Virus record (IMG/VR): IMGVR_UViG_3300025132_007963
Location: 1 to 64,000 of that record
DNA: 64,000 nucleotides
Direction: 5' to 3' (one strand)
Origin: a virus
The notes beneath the pieces were generated by a model that saw only the letters and a list, made by a program, of their open reading frames with translations, had not been told where the DNA came from and did no database searches. Below, piece after piece: positions 7,536-16,561 of the stretch; the stretch's first letter is position 1; every line of letters starts with the position of its first letter. The position numbers and the translations under genes were made by a program.

Positions 7536-7736
7536 TTATCGACCTATACCCCGTGCCATACTGGTTGAACTAACATATTGATATGCACCTTTATTATAAG
7601 CTGGAGCTGTACACTTAGCCTTTCGAGCTGCTTCAATCCTAGCATTGGCAGCACCGCACTCCAAGCACGTCTTATAACCTAACGCTTTACGCTTTGGACT
7701 GTACTCTTCCCAACACTCAACACAAACGGCAACCAT
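7536..7736 (-). CDS. C4 zinc-finger protein, DksA/TraR-like finger
   Basis: CVEC-x11-GYKTCLEC plus C-terminal PAYNKGAYQY. Confidence 0.65.
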   Translation of the reverse strand: MVAVCVECWEEYSPKRKALGYKTCLECGAANARIEAARKAKCTAPAYNKGAYQYVSSTSMARGIGR

Positions 7737-7781
7737 TATCTATCCTTTCTTGACAGCGTGACGATATCAGTGACAATACGG

Positions 7782-7970
7782 TCACGTTCTTCCTTTGGAT
7801 ATGAAGACAGAATCGCTAACCTTTTGGCTTCTGGAAATTCTATTAGGTGCTCTGCTACCTTGCGTATATGTCTGGGGGTCCATTCCGATAGTCTGATATA
7901 GTTCTCCCTCATTTAAATTTCCTTCCAATGCATTTTTAATATATTGCGCGAAGCGTTGTCTCGGGTTCAT
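7782..7970 (-). CDS. Hypothetical early protein (start MNPRQRF)
   Basis: SD GAGGGA, directly after promoter 7994-8022. Confidence 0.6.
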   Translation of the reverse strand: MNPRQRFAQYIKNALEGNLNEGELYQTIGMDPQTYTQGSRAPNRISRSQKVSDSVFISKGRT

Positions 7971-7993
7971 GTTTTCCCTCACTTTCTTTATAC

Positions 7994-8067
7994 ATCATAC
8001 AAAATCTGGGCGATAAAATCAAGAAAAAAATGAAAAATCGTAAAAGTTCAATAATTTCGAGAGGTTA
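7994..8067 (-). promoter_or_regulatory. Early promoter cassette (27-bp class)
   Basis: TTGATT(8017-22)-17-TATGAT; AAAAATCGTAAAAG; AATAATTTCGAGAGGTTA at 8050-8067. Confidence 0.85.
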
Positions 8068-8236
8068 CGAGTTCTAAACTAATTTTGTTGTGCCATAAAA
8101 CTGAACTATATCGAGTGTTCCACTTAACACAAACATCGTTATTATCGCATTTAATAATGAGACCAAAGAATTTTTTATGTACACGATCAGATATATACTT
8201 GCTTTCCCTATATCTTACAATATCACCGACTTTCAC
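8048..8236 (-). CDS. KOW/SH3-like mini-protein
   Basis: (M)KVGDIVRY...GLII...VKW. Confidence 0.75.
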   Translation of the reverse strand: MKVGDIVRYRESKYISDRVHKKFFGLIIKCDNNDVCVKWNTRYSSVLWHNKISLELVTSRNY

Positions 8237-8378
8237 TGACTACCTCTGTATCATCCCTGTGAACTCGGTACTCTCCATCAGGGAAGAGAACATAAAACCC
8301 GAAAGGAATAATCCTAGTGATAATACCAAGGGTTAGCTGGGGTTGACTTACTTGTCTTACCAAATCACCGACGTTCAC
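8223..8378 (-). CDS. KOW/SH3-like mini-protein (start GTG 8378)
   Basis: (M)NVGDLVR...GII...EVVSESR. Confidence 0.7.
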   Translation of the reverse strand: MNVGDLVRQVSQPQLTLGIITRIIPFGFYVLFPDGEYRVHRDDTEVVSESR

Positions 8379-8541
8379 TGATAACCTCCAGTGAATCTGA
8401 ACAGTGGTTGAAATGTTCACCATTCATATCAAGCCAAGCAACTTGGCAATAGTCAATATCAACATACGTTCGGACCACAATGCCGATGGCGCGGTGCTCT
8501 TTTGGCATATCGTTGTGTGTTACCAAATCACCGACTTGCAC
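8365..8541 (-). CDS. KOW/SH3-like mini-protein (start GTG 8541)
   Basis: (M)QVGDLVT...GIVV...VAW...LEVISERR. Confidence 0.7.
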   Translation of the reverse strand: MQVGDLVTHNDMPKEHRAIGIVVRTYVDIDYCQVAWLDMNGEHFNHCSDSLEVISERR

Positions 8542-8737
8542 TGATAACCTCCAGGTCATGATCCCATTCAGCTATGGTAGTACCAAGCCCATTCCACTTT
8601 ACATAGAGGACGTTACAATGATACTTACCATTGTCACCGGCTGGGCCGGTGACAATCCCTATCGTGCGGTGACGTAGATCGCCCATGGTTCGTTCGCCTA
8701 TCCACTTCACCAGACTGCCCATCTTTAGATGTTCCAT
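8528..8737 (-). CDS. KOW/SH3-like mini-protein
   Basis: KMGSLVKW...GIVT...VKW...LEVISASR. Confidence 0.7.
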   Translation of the reverse strand: MEHLKMGSLVKWIGERTMGDLRHRTIGIVTGPAGDNGKYHCNVLYVKWNGLGTTIAEWDHDLEVISASR

Positions 8738-8790
8738 CTTCTTCCTTTTCTTTAAAGAATGTTAAACCGCGTAACAACGCTGTCCAAAAA

Positions 8791-9720
8791 TCAACCACTA
8801 CTTATGATTCTCCTGTACTCAAAGAGTGCCAGTTCTTTCTTTTTACATTCTAGCATCATATCGTAATTATGTCCATAGTTTTCTACAGGATTATATATAT
8901 AATCTGAGTGTGCTTGCGGCCTAATCTTGTTATCTCGCTGTTCCTCTGCTCTAGATTCTGATAAATGCACAACAGGTACAACATCTTCTGGCCAGGTAGA
9001 CATGGCTAGAGTTAACGCTTGTTCCTCAGTCTGGCCACCTGTACAGAAACGATGGTGATGATAATCAAATACAATTGGCACACCAGTCTCTTGATGAATG
9101 TAATCGTGAAGATGCTTTGTGGACCACATGCTTGCTTTATCATCATTTTCTAGTGTCAGTCTCTTTTGGCAATTCTTATCCAGCCTCTTAAATGCTTTAC
9201 ACCAACGCTTGGCGGTGCCTTCAAAGTCTCCACCGTATGTACCACCGACATGAATATTAATCTTATTATAGTGACTGGCGTTAATAAAACCCATCATATC
9301 AAATATCTCAGAATGAGAGTTTAGCTCTTTAACTGCTTTATCAATAACACTTTGCTTTGGCGAGCCAAGTACATTAAATGGCCCAGGATGGAATGTAAGC
9401 CTTTGCCCTGTTTGGTACGCATACTCGCCCGCAATATCAAGATTGTATATAATATCATTGTAGTCGGGTAACTCCGAAAATTTGTATTCAGACATCCACG
9501 GGAAAATATCCGAAGACATGCGATAAAAATCAATACCGTTTTGATTATTCCACTTCAATATCTTTAATAGGTCTTTCACGTTTTGCAATGAAATCTCGGA
9601 TGCATATGCAATACCTTTGGATGCGAACGTTCTCTTTATCATAGACCTGTTGGTTGTAATGCGCCTAGATTTAGGAACATCAGATAGTGTCATGTTGATA
9701 CATGCATAGCCAAGTTTCAT
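8791..9720 (-). CDS. uvsE: UV-damage endonuclease (UvsE/UvdE family)
   Basis: MKLGYACIN, FYRMSSDIFP, RLTFHPGPF, INIHVGG, LTLENDDK, FDYHHH, HSDY, MLECKKKE motifs. Confidence 0.93.
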   Translation of the reverse strand: MKLGYACINMTLSDVPKSRRITTNRSMIKRTFASKGIAYASEISLQNVKDLLKILKWNNQNGIDFYRMSSDIFPWMSEYKFSELPDYNDIIYNLDIAGEYAYQTGQRLTFHPGPFNVLGSPKQSVIDKAVKELNSHSEIFDMMGFINASHYNKINIHVGGTYGGDFEGTAKRWCKAFKRLDKNCQKRLTLENDDKASMWSTKHLHDYIHQETGVPIVFDYHHHRFCTGGQTEEQALTLAMSTWPEDVVPVVHLSESRAEEQRDNKIRPQAHSDYIYNPVENYGHNYDMMLECKKKELALFEYRRIISSG

Positions 9721-9854
9721 AATTAGTTTATCTTTCTACGTGTTTTGTGTAAAGAAAATACAAACCTATGCCAAATGAAAAACATAGGAACGCTGCAACA
9801 AAGACTTCGATGGCACACTTAATCTCTGCTAACTGAAAATTTAATACGGATGCT

Positions 9855-10184
9855 TCACCCATCTTGTGGCCATGGCCCTTTTATAATCTTACCAGAAGCA
9901 ATACCTTCTTCTAGGGTATCATCCTCTATCCTCTTGAGAACTTCCTTGTATTCATCAGTAATAGACCATACAACCTTTTCATCATCTTCCCCGTCGAACG
10001 AGCCTGCAACCTTGCCCTCGCATACACACGCCAGGAGAGCGCAATATGTTGTAGCTGCAGATGGATCATCTAACAGGCCCTTCTCATAAGCATTAACAAG
10101 ATCTTTTAAAATTTGTGACGCTTGTGAATCAACATTTTTTTCAATGTCTTCTCTATCTAGGCCCAATTCGTTGTCGAAAAACAT
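9855..10184 (-). CDS. Hypothetical acidic protein (start MFFDNEL)
   Basis: SD GGAGG before ATG 10184; promoter upstream. Confidence 0.7.
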   Translation of the reverse strand: MFFDNELGLDREDIEKNVDSQASQILKDLVNAYEKGLLDDPSAATTYCALLACVCEGKVAGSFDGEDDEKVVWSITDEYKEVLKRIEDDTLEEGIASGKIIKGPWPQDG

Positions 10185-10211
10185 ACTTGTAAAACCTCCA
10201 TTAGTTTTTAT

Positions 10212-10284
10212 ATTATTACATTGAAACCCAAAAAAGTCAATGAAAAAACACAAGATTTCAAAAATCAATAATTTCAAGAACTTA
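10212..10284 (-). promoter_or_regulatory. Early promoter cassette (26-bp gap)
   Basis: TTGACT(10235-40)-17-AATAAT with TG extension; AATAATTTCAAGAACTTA at 10267-10284. Confidence 0.8.
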
Positions 10285-10433
10285 CAGGCTTCTCTATATT
10301 ATCACAAAGCTCACTTATTGAGATCCAGATTGATTTTCTAGTTCCAAGTATTCTAACTAAGCACTTATCTTTCTTAACCATAAGAACTTTGCCATGGCCA
10401 CCTAAGTTTGGTAACCAGATCATGTTATCATTT

Positions 10434-10748
10434 TTATGTTTTATCTCCATGCAGCCTTCTTACGTTCTTTAAAAAATCTTTTGCTTTCTTTGGTACGTGA
10501 CCGGGTTTAACTCTCTCTATTATATCTAAACTTGGTTCGCAAAACTCACCGTTATCAGGCAAATATATTAATGGCTTACCAAAACCAACATCTACCCTAA
10601 CAACAATGCCCAAATTACCTTTTGCTTCATAATCAAAGACATCATAGCTCTCTGTAAACTTAACCATCTCTCCACGTACTAAAAATTCTTCTTGTTTAAT
10701 AGCTAGGTTTGACACTTTCGATAGTTTCCTTTTTGTAAAAGTCTCCAT
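10434..10748 (-). CDS. KOW/SH3-like protein
   Basis: RGEMVKF...LGIVVR; true start probably internal. Confidence 0.55.
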   Translation of the reverse strand: METFTKRKLSKVSNLAIKQEEFLVRGEMVKFTESYDVFDYEAKGNLGIVVRVDVGFGKPLIYLPDNGEFCEPSLDIIERVKPGHVPKKAKDFLKNVRRLHGDKT

Positions 10749-10912
10749 CTTCTACCATTCCACCAATTGATTTGCCCTATCTTATTTAAGACCAAGACAT
10801 CTCCCAAATGAGGATTAACTCTTAATACAACACCGTGGTCTAAAAGCTCCTCATCGAAAGTAGAATTTTGTATCAGATAACAGACAACTAAATCACCTTT
10901 CTCTATATGCAC
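10703..10912 (-). CDS. KOW/SH3-like mini-protein
   Basis: EKGDLVV...GVVLR. Confidence 0.65.
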   Translation of the reverse strand: MHIEKGDLVVCYLIQNSTFDEELLDHGVVLRVNPHLGDVLVLNKIGQINWWNGRRWRLLQKGNYRKCQT

Positions 10913-10933
10913 ATAACTAATTAGCTACCAGAG

Positions 10934-12121
10934 CTACTCAATAGCAATGATTCTCTCGTTGGTCGAGAAGTACGGACGGCTAGCATGTTCTGGTGTAGTC
11001 ATCCACATACGCTGACACTTACTAGCCTTTGGTTTTGGAGCGTACAGATCTGTTAGCACAATGTGGCCATCGAATTCGCGATCATTCACATAATCAGTCG
11101 GTGGATTAAAATCAGTACCACCACACATAACACGCTCCCAGCTGCGTCTTTCGCCCTTCTTCCAAGTGTAAACGAGACTTTCATCCACCTTGGTATCAAA
11201 AGGGATGACTGTGAATTCTGCCAGAGCTGAGAGCTTGTTTAGCTCAGCAAAAAACTTAGCTAGCATAACATCATCAACAGACCCAGACTGATCAATACTA
11301 ATTGCAACCTTAGCAACTCGATTAATCTTACGGCCAGGATGTACATATGCATAACGTCGATTAATTCTCTTGATTGAAGATGTCTTGTTGGACCTCTGAG
11401 ACGTCTTGATAAAGTAACGCAATACTTTTTTCCAGTCTACCTTTGTCTGTAGACTATCCATAATTTTACGTTTACACTCTGATGTAACACTGCCCCAGTT
11501 TCTATTCTTTGATGCTGTCTCGGCAGCAGACTTAACAATTTCCTTAAGTCGTTCCTTCGCTATCTCCTTTACCTGTGCATCAGTCTCACCCCAACCTGAG
11601 TGATCATCCAGTGGCTCCATACCGCTAGTAGGCTCTGAGCTATCATCCGGGTCACCATCACCAGAACCACCACTACTCTCAAAGTCTTCTGGCAGGTTTT
11701 CCATATACCATTCAGCAGACATGCCGGATGGTAAATCTTCAAATGGAGTGCCTTCTTTGCCTGGAATCAGGCCACCTTCTGGTAAATTGTTAAGGTGACT
11801 ATTGATTGCAAGATCTGTAGCGATATTCCATCGCTTAGTCATCTTGCCTTCTGGCATTCTCTCAGTCACATGCATGAAGATAATGTGGTAAAACTCATGC
11901 TTCAAAACATCTAGTCTCTCAAGGTCATTAAGACCGCCGAAGAACTCTGGATTATAGAACATCTCAAACTGAGCTGTATCAGGATTGACCCTAACACCGG
12001 CAGTAGGGATGCTCAATGAGACACGCTTATCGATACGACGCGAGATAGCTGCAAAGAAAGGCTCTTCCATTAAGAGCCTAGCGGTATGCATATTGAGATT
12101 GAAATCAGTATTAGCCTTCAT
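10934..12121 (-). CDS. Putative metallopeptidase plus VWA-like domain protein (DUF2201 type)
   Basis: HEFYH (HExxH), ATDLAINS, acidic linker, IDQSGS (DxSxS), GGTDF, LTD. Confidence 0.85.
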   Translation of the reverse strand: MKANTDFNLNMHTARLLMEEPFFAAISRRIDKRVSLSIPTAGVRVNPDTAQFEMFYNPEFFGGLNDLERLDVLKHEFYHIIFMHVTERMPEGKMTKRWNIATDLAINSHLNNLPEGGLIPGKEGTPFEDLPSGMSAEWYMENLPEDFESSGGSGDGDPDDSSEPTSGMEPLDDHSGWGETDAQVKEIAKERLKEIVKSAAETASKNRNWGSVTSECKRKIMDSLQTKVDWKKVLRYFIKTSQRSNKTSSIKRINRRYAYVHPGRKINRVAKVAISIDQSGSVDDVMLAKFFAELNKLSALAEFTVIPFDTKVDESLVYTWKKGERRSWERVMCGGTDFNPPTDYVNDREFDGHIVLTDLYAPKPKASKCQRMWMTTPEHASRPYFSTNERIIAIE

Positions 12122-13160
12122 TCTTTTCACCACCAAGAATTTCTACCAAAAAGTCTACAATACCTTCTGCGCCGTGCAGCTTGATTGTGTTCTTCATTTC
12201 ACCATTGCCAAGAACAGTCCACAGCTTCATTGCAACCTCAGATGGTAAAGAGGTAAAGTACTTTGCCAGGTTATCAATCTGCTCTTCAGGAAGTTCTTCC
12301 TGAAAAGAATCTGCAGCATCAAACTTCTCAATCAAAGCAGTGTGATCATTGATACCAAATGATTGAACTTTTGAAAAGTCACCCTTGATCAAGATATCCT
12401 CTGGCGTAACTTGCCTATCATAATTGGCAATAAAATCATTGAAGGCAACTGCAGCCTCTAAACCAACGAATGCAGCTGACAAATTAAACAACGTAGGGCT
12501 AGCCTCTTGCAATAGATCTGCGGACTGCAGACACGTGTTTAGGCGCTCCCATGACCGTCGAGAAGGGTAAACCTTGTTTGGTTCAAAGTCTTCATTGTGC
12601 TCAAGATGAGAACGATTATTGTTGATAAAATCCCACACTTCCTTACCAACATTATCCTTAGCCCATGACAACCAATCCTCGACCGATGGCTCAATATCAA
12701 ATACAGTCCAGCGATCAAGCTCGGCGGGATCCATCTCACCGACTTGATATTGCTCGCCATGTTCACCACCATTGACAGCAGCAAAGATTTGAGTGTCAGG
12801 ATGCAATACATGGCCATTGAGCTTGCGGCTATCTGTTAGCTCAAAGATACCCTGGCGAACCTCTAGCGTTGCACGGTCAATCTCATCAAGAAATAGAATG
12901 ACGGGGTTATCGCATGCATGCTTAAACCAATCTGGTGGGTTAAAGCGAGTGCTATTGCCCTCGATAACAGGAAGGCCAACCAAGTCACCCTCAGTCATCT
13001 GGGAAGCACGGCGCTCAATAACAGTCATGTTAACTATATCAGCGTACTGATACACAACCGTAGACTTACCGATACCGTGGCGCCCACGAAGCAAAACTGG
13101 TTTGCGGACATCAGTCACGAAACCGACAATATTTGTAAACGTCTTGAAGTCAACTGCCAT
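12111..13160 (-). CDS. MoxR/AAA_5-type AAA+ ATPase
   Basis: Walker A GRHGIGKS, Walker B LFLDEIDR, DPAELDRW, PSRRSWE. Confidence 0.88.
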   Translation of the reverse strand: MAVDFKTFTNIVGFVTDVRKPVLLRGRHGIGKSTVVYQYADIVNMTVIERRASQMTEGDLVGLPVIEGNSTRFNPPDWFKHACDNPVILFLDEIDRATLEVRQGIFELTDSRKLNGHVLHPDTQIFAAVNGGEHGEQYQVGEMDPAELDRWTVFDIEPSVEDWLSWAKDNVGKEVWDFINNNRSHLEHNEDFEPNKVYPSRRSWERLNTCLQSADLLQEASPTLFNLSAAFVGLEAAVAFNDFIANYDRQVTPEDILIKGDFSKVQSFGINDHTALIEKFDAADSFQEELPEEQIDNLAKYFTSLPSEVAMKLWTVLGNGEMKNTIKLHGAEGIVDFLVEILGGEKNEG

Positions 13161-13211
13161 GATGTTTCTCCTTTTTTGAATGGCTAAGTTTTTCGTTCAA
13201 CATCTAAAGTA

Positions 13212-13285
13212 AGTATCCCATAGACCGGGACAAAAATCAATAACTTTTTTAAAAATCGTAAAAGCTCAATAATTTCAATCACTTA
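13212..13285 (-). promoter_or_regulatory. Early promoter cassette (27-bp class)
   Basis: TTGATT(13235-40)-17-GATACT; AAAAATCGTAAAAG; AATAATTTCAATCACTTA at 13268-13285. Confidence 0.85.
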
Positions 13286-13845
13286 GATCGTCTTAATTGA
13301 ACCAGCTTTTCAAATGCTTTCTTTTGAAGGGCAGGTATGCTTGTGGTGGACATAATCATTGCTAACTCTTCATTAACATTGGGGTGTTCTAATAGTCTTT
13401 GACACCAGTACTCAGGGCGCTGCCAACTGTTTGTATAGACTTCTCTAGGCCTATAGTAAGATAAGTATATATCTTTTAGTGTCTCGACTGGGGTATTTGG
13501 GACGCCATGAAGCGCCTGGTGATAGGATCCAGCAATAAAAGTTTGACCAACCCTCCATGGGATACGAAAAGAGTGTGTTGTCTGTTCCCATAGCTTAGAG
13601 ATAGTCTCTGGTTGATCGTTTAGATTGCAATACTGTATCATAAGCCATTTAATACTATTCGCCTTACTGTTGGTTAATATATCTATAGCAGATGGTTTCA
13701 ACTCAGGGTTCATGGCCAAGTACTTACGACACAATAGATACTTATGACTAGCTATAGCACATTGCGTCTCTTCATCGATAAATCGATTTTGAGCTAATCC
13801 GTTAAGTTCCTTGTTTGTCATTCTAGGGACAAATTTTGCAAACAT
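13279..13845 (-). CDS. Helical-repeat (LRV/HEAT-like) hypothetical protein
   Basis: LAxNP and LLEHPN repeats. Confidence 0.55.
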   Translation of the reverse strand: MFAKFVPRMTNKELNGLAQNRFIDEETQCAIASHKYLLCRKYLAMNPELKPSAIDILTNSKANSIKWLMIQYCNLNDQPETISKLWEQTTHSFRIPWRVGQTFIAGSYHQALHGVPNTPVETLKDIYLSYYRPREVYTNSWQRPEYWCQRLLEHPNVNEELAMIMSTTSIPALQKKAFEKLVQLRRSK

Positions 13846-13848
13846 GAT

Positions 13849-14064
13849 TTAATTATCCAGTTTTTTGATTTCACCCTCAATGGTGCGAATATAACTAACA
13901 ACCGCAATCATTGCATCGGAAGATAGTATACCTTCATAATTCTCCAAGTGACAAGAATCAATATGAGATTTAAGAATAGCCAAAACCTTATTCAGTCTAA
14001 CTGTTTTTTTTGCTGGTGACCGTAAATCCATACCGGGATATAATTCAAATGGATCGAGTTTCAT
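13849..14064 (-). CDS. Hypothetical early protein
   Basis: 71 aa, SD AAGGAG, after promoter. Confidence 0.65.
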   Translation of the reverse strand: MKLDPFELYPGMDLRSPAKKTVRLNKVLAILKSHIDSCHLENYEGILSSDAMIAVVSYIRTIEGEIKKLDN

Positions 14065-14090
14065 GTTTACTCCTTTTCTGATCTTTTAAA

Positions 14091-14164
14091 ATCATAGCGT
14101 AGAAACTTAAATTTGTCAAACGTTTTTTTAAAAAACGTAAAAATACAATAATTTCAATAACTTA
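14091..14164 (-). promoter_or_regulatory. Early promoter cassette (27-bp class)
   Basis: TTGACA(14114-19)-17-TATGAT; AATAATTTCAATAACTTA at 14147-14164. Confidence 0.88.
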
Positions 14165-14167
14165 AGT

Positions 14168-14350
14168 TTATCTCCCATAAAGAGAATCGACACGTTTTTT
14201 TCTATCTTCCTTCCTCTTTAAAGAAGATACTTCTTTTTTATTTTGCTCGACTAATGAGACAAACCTTGCAACCGAGTAGACCATTAAGATCATTATGAAT
14301 GCATCTAATAAGTTAATTTTAATACCTTCCGTTTGATTTCCACCAGTCAA
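14168..14350 (-). CDS. Small membrane protein
   Basis: One TM segment and a basic tail. Confidence 0.5.
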   Translation of the reverse strand: MTGGNQTEGIKINLLDAFIMILMVYSVARFVSLVEQNKKEVSSLKRKEDRKKRVDSLYGR

Positions 14351-14410
14351 TTAACATTTGGCCTACCCATAAGCCAACTGCAATCGTAATCACACTACCT
14401 AAAAACTCCA

Positions 14411-14635
14411 TTATTTATCTCCTTTGCTCACCATTTTTAGCCACTTTGCCCTAACCACCGAAGGTGTATTATTTTTATTAAACAATACCACACATGAGTA
14501 CTCATCCTTGTGCAAGTTTCTATCTGGAGGTTGATCTACATAGGGATTTACTTCTAAAATAACCGCCAACTCTCCGCAGTTAGGGCTCATTCTATACACG
14601 CATTCTGCTAGGTCACCCTTGCTAAATTCAGTCAT
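14411..14635 (-). CDS. KOW/SH3-like mini-protein (start MTEFSKGDL)
   Basis: KGDLAEC...AVILEV...VVLF. Confidence 0.65.
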   Translation of the reverse strand: MTEFSKGDLAECVYRMSPNCGELAVILEVNPYVDQPPDRNLHKDEYSCVVLFNKNNTPSVVRAKWLKMVSKGDK

Positions 14636-14942
14636 CTTCTTGCTGCTGCCTTTGTCGCTCAAAGTACTTCTTCTTAGAAAAGAATTTTAAATCTGATCTT
14701 AGAAAGTATTTATCCCACCTACGACGACCGGGAGGACCGTTTTTCTCTCCCTCTGGACCAAGCCATTTAACAACATATCCAGTTCGCTTGTGATCCTTGT
14801 AGTAATGGCCATCGCTATAGTACACATCTTTCACTCTTGTTATCATGCCCACCATGTTATCTACATCATGACCACAATGAAACCATATAAAGTTTCTTTT
14901 AAATGCAACACTGGACAAGGTTACTAAATCTCCAGCTTTCAT
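14628..14942 (-). CDS. KOW/SH3-like protein (start MKAGDLV)
   Basis: KAGDLVT...GMIT...VVKW. Confidence 0.7.
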   Translation of the reverse strand: MKAGDLVTLSSVAFKRNFIWFHCGHDVDNMVGMITRVKDVYYSDGHYYKDHKRTGYVVKWLGPEGEKNGPPGRRRWDKYFLRSDLKFFSKKKYFERQRQQQEDD

Positions 14943-14964
14943 CTCTTTCTTTTTTCTTGCCATT

Positions 14965-15675
14965 TTATTTTATCTTCTTTGCTCTTTTAAGGTCTCGCTC
15001 CTCTGCGTAAATAGGCTTTGGATATCCGACTGGTAATATTTTGTATGTCCTGCAGCCTTTTGCACACGTTATCGGCATTTTTGCATTGTCCTCAATAACA
15101 ATCGCATATTGCTCTCTCATGCTGTTTTTAAAGTAAGTATTATTTAGTTTAACTAAACTCATCAATCGATTGATTCTAATCTGTACTTTATCTCCTTTCT
15201 TGAAACGTGGCTCCCTCGTTAGTTCATCAATGATACGTTCTGAATACTTATTCTCACACAGGCTTTGGTATTCCTCGCACGTTAGGTTTTCGTCTGCGTC
15301 AACCTTTGTTCTGGTATTTTTGAAATAAGCACCGTGATCAATCTTAGAGTAAAACTCTGATGCAATCTTAGCGTTTTTCTTTCTCTCTTCACTGTAATCC
15401 CAACTTAAATTGGCATGGTAGCTATTTTGTGAATACTTCTTATTCATTGATAAAAGGTATTGTGACTGAGAGTGTGTGAGAGATTTTACTTTCCCGTATG
15501 CTTGCATGCTTTTAAGAATTTTCATAATATCATCGTGGCTCTTGTTATAGAAAGGGCATGGCAATGATGCACCCATCCATGTTTTAACCTTTTTTATGAC
15601 ATACTCTATTTTATCATCGCTAGACGAGTGATAAAAATATCTTTCATTCTCAAATAACTCAGAACTCATTGACAA
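14965..15675 (-). CDS. Hypothetical protein with C-terminal KOW/SH3-like domain
   Basis: C-terminal RFKKGDKVQI...AIVIE...YKIL. Confidence 0.65.
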   Translation of the reverse strand: MSMSSELFENERYFYHSSSDDKIEYVIKKVKTWMGASLPCPFYNKSHDDIMKILKSMQAYGKVKSLTHSQSQYLLSMNKKYSQNSYHANLSWDYSEERKKNAKIASEFYSKIDHGAYFKNTRTKVDADENLTCEEYQSLCENKYSERIIDELTREPRFKKGDKVQIRINRLMSLVKLNNTYFKNSMREQYAIVIEDNAKMPITCAKGCRTYKILPVGYPKPIYAEERDLKRAKKIK

Positions 15676-15875
15676 TCACCTTCACTTACTACTTCAAACT
15701 CACGTGGACTGTGTAGTTCGGGCTTGCGACCTGGATAGACCACTTTTATTAACCTTCCTGTACCTAAAATGCCGCCTGAACATGCATTTGTGCTTAAACA
15801 AATTGCTACGGCCCTTTTCTGCTGGTGTAGCTGCAGCATACCCCATCGTTTTACAACCAAGTCACCGACTTTCAC
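15666..15875 (-). CDS. KOW/SH3-like mini-protein (start GTG 15875)
   Basis: (M)KVGDLVV...EVVSE. Confidence 0.7.
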   Translation of the reverse strand: MKVGDLVVKRWGMLQLHQQKRAVAICLSTNACSGGILGTGRLIKVVYPGRKPELHSPREFEVVSEGDCQ

Positions 15876-16062
15876 TGATAACCTCCAAGTTTTCTCTAAG
15901 GGACCAAAATGTTCCATACTCGCCATAGTTTACCTTATATGTTTCTAGGCTTGGCTCATCTTCAGGGGCACATGCTACAACGATACCAATGATACCATCA
16001 ACATATGCAACGTTGTAGCGGTTCTTTTTCTTAACAAGAGTTCCAACTTTTATGCTTTTCAT
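15862..16062 (-). CDS. KOW/SH3-like mini-protein
   Basis: KVGTLVK...GIVV...LEVISESR. Confidence 0.7.
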   Translation of the reverse strand: MKSIKVGTLVKKKNRYNVAYVDGIIGIVVACAPEDEPSLETYKVNYGEYGTFWSLRENLEVISESR

Positions 16063-16272
16063 TTAGGAGTTCATTTTCTTTAGTGCTGATACAACCATTG
16101 ATACTGGTTTGGATGCATCAGTGAACAATACTTGACATAATTGATCGGTGTCCTCAAAACATTTAGGTCCAATATTGTATAATAGACCAGGCTTATTACC
16201 ATAAACAACGAGGTCACCAACTTTAATATTTTCCATTTGTTTATCCATTACAATCGTTATCCTCGGTGTCAC
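16063..16272 (-). CDS. KOW/SH3-like mini-protein
   Basis: IKVGDLVV...GLL...VLF. Confidence 0.65.
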   Translation of the reverse strand: MTPRITIVMDKQMENIKVGDLVVYGNKPGLLYNIGPKCFEDTDQLCQVLFTDASKPVSMVVSALKKMNS

Positions 16273-16520
16273 AGTAAGTTTTGCTTAATCCAGTTAAAGA
16301 CTTCATTGGAAACGACAAGTCTATCATTTTCGTCATCCATACATCGATGCTCATTGGCCTCCAGAACCTTTCTGATACCAACAAATACCCTTTCATCCCT
16401 GTATGTTGGATCGTCAATAATAGAAGTATTGTGAGGTGTGAAGCCTCTAATTTCGGAGTGTACTGTATTTTGCACCCACTCTATACCTCTCTCCGTTACT
16501 TCGTTCTTTTCTTCAGTCAC
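16269..16520 (-). CDS. Hypothetical early protein
   Basis: 83 aa, SD AGGAG, after promoter. Confidence 0.65.
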   Translation of the reverse strand: MTEEKNEVTERGIEWVQNTVHSEIRGFTPHNTSIIDDPTYRDERVFVGIRKVLEANEHRCMDDENDRLVVSNEVFNWIKQNLL

Positions 16521-16561
16521 AAAAAACTCCTTTCTTTATGTTTCCTCGATGTGACTTATAT

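Noticed and set aside
9720-9727. ACTAATTA before uvsE (also within thyX at ~42883) as a late promoter
   Set aside because: It abuts the ATG or lies in coding DNA; this variant is not specific enough.
4391-15885. Junction repeats as integron attC or Xer dif sites
   Set aside because: No attC-type palindrome, no dif-like 11-6-11 arms, and no integrase in the window.
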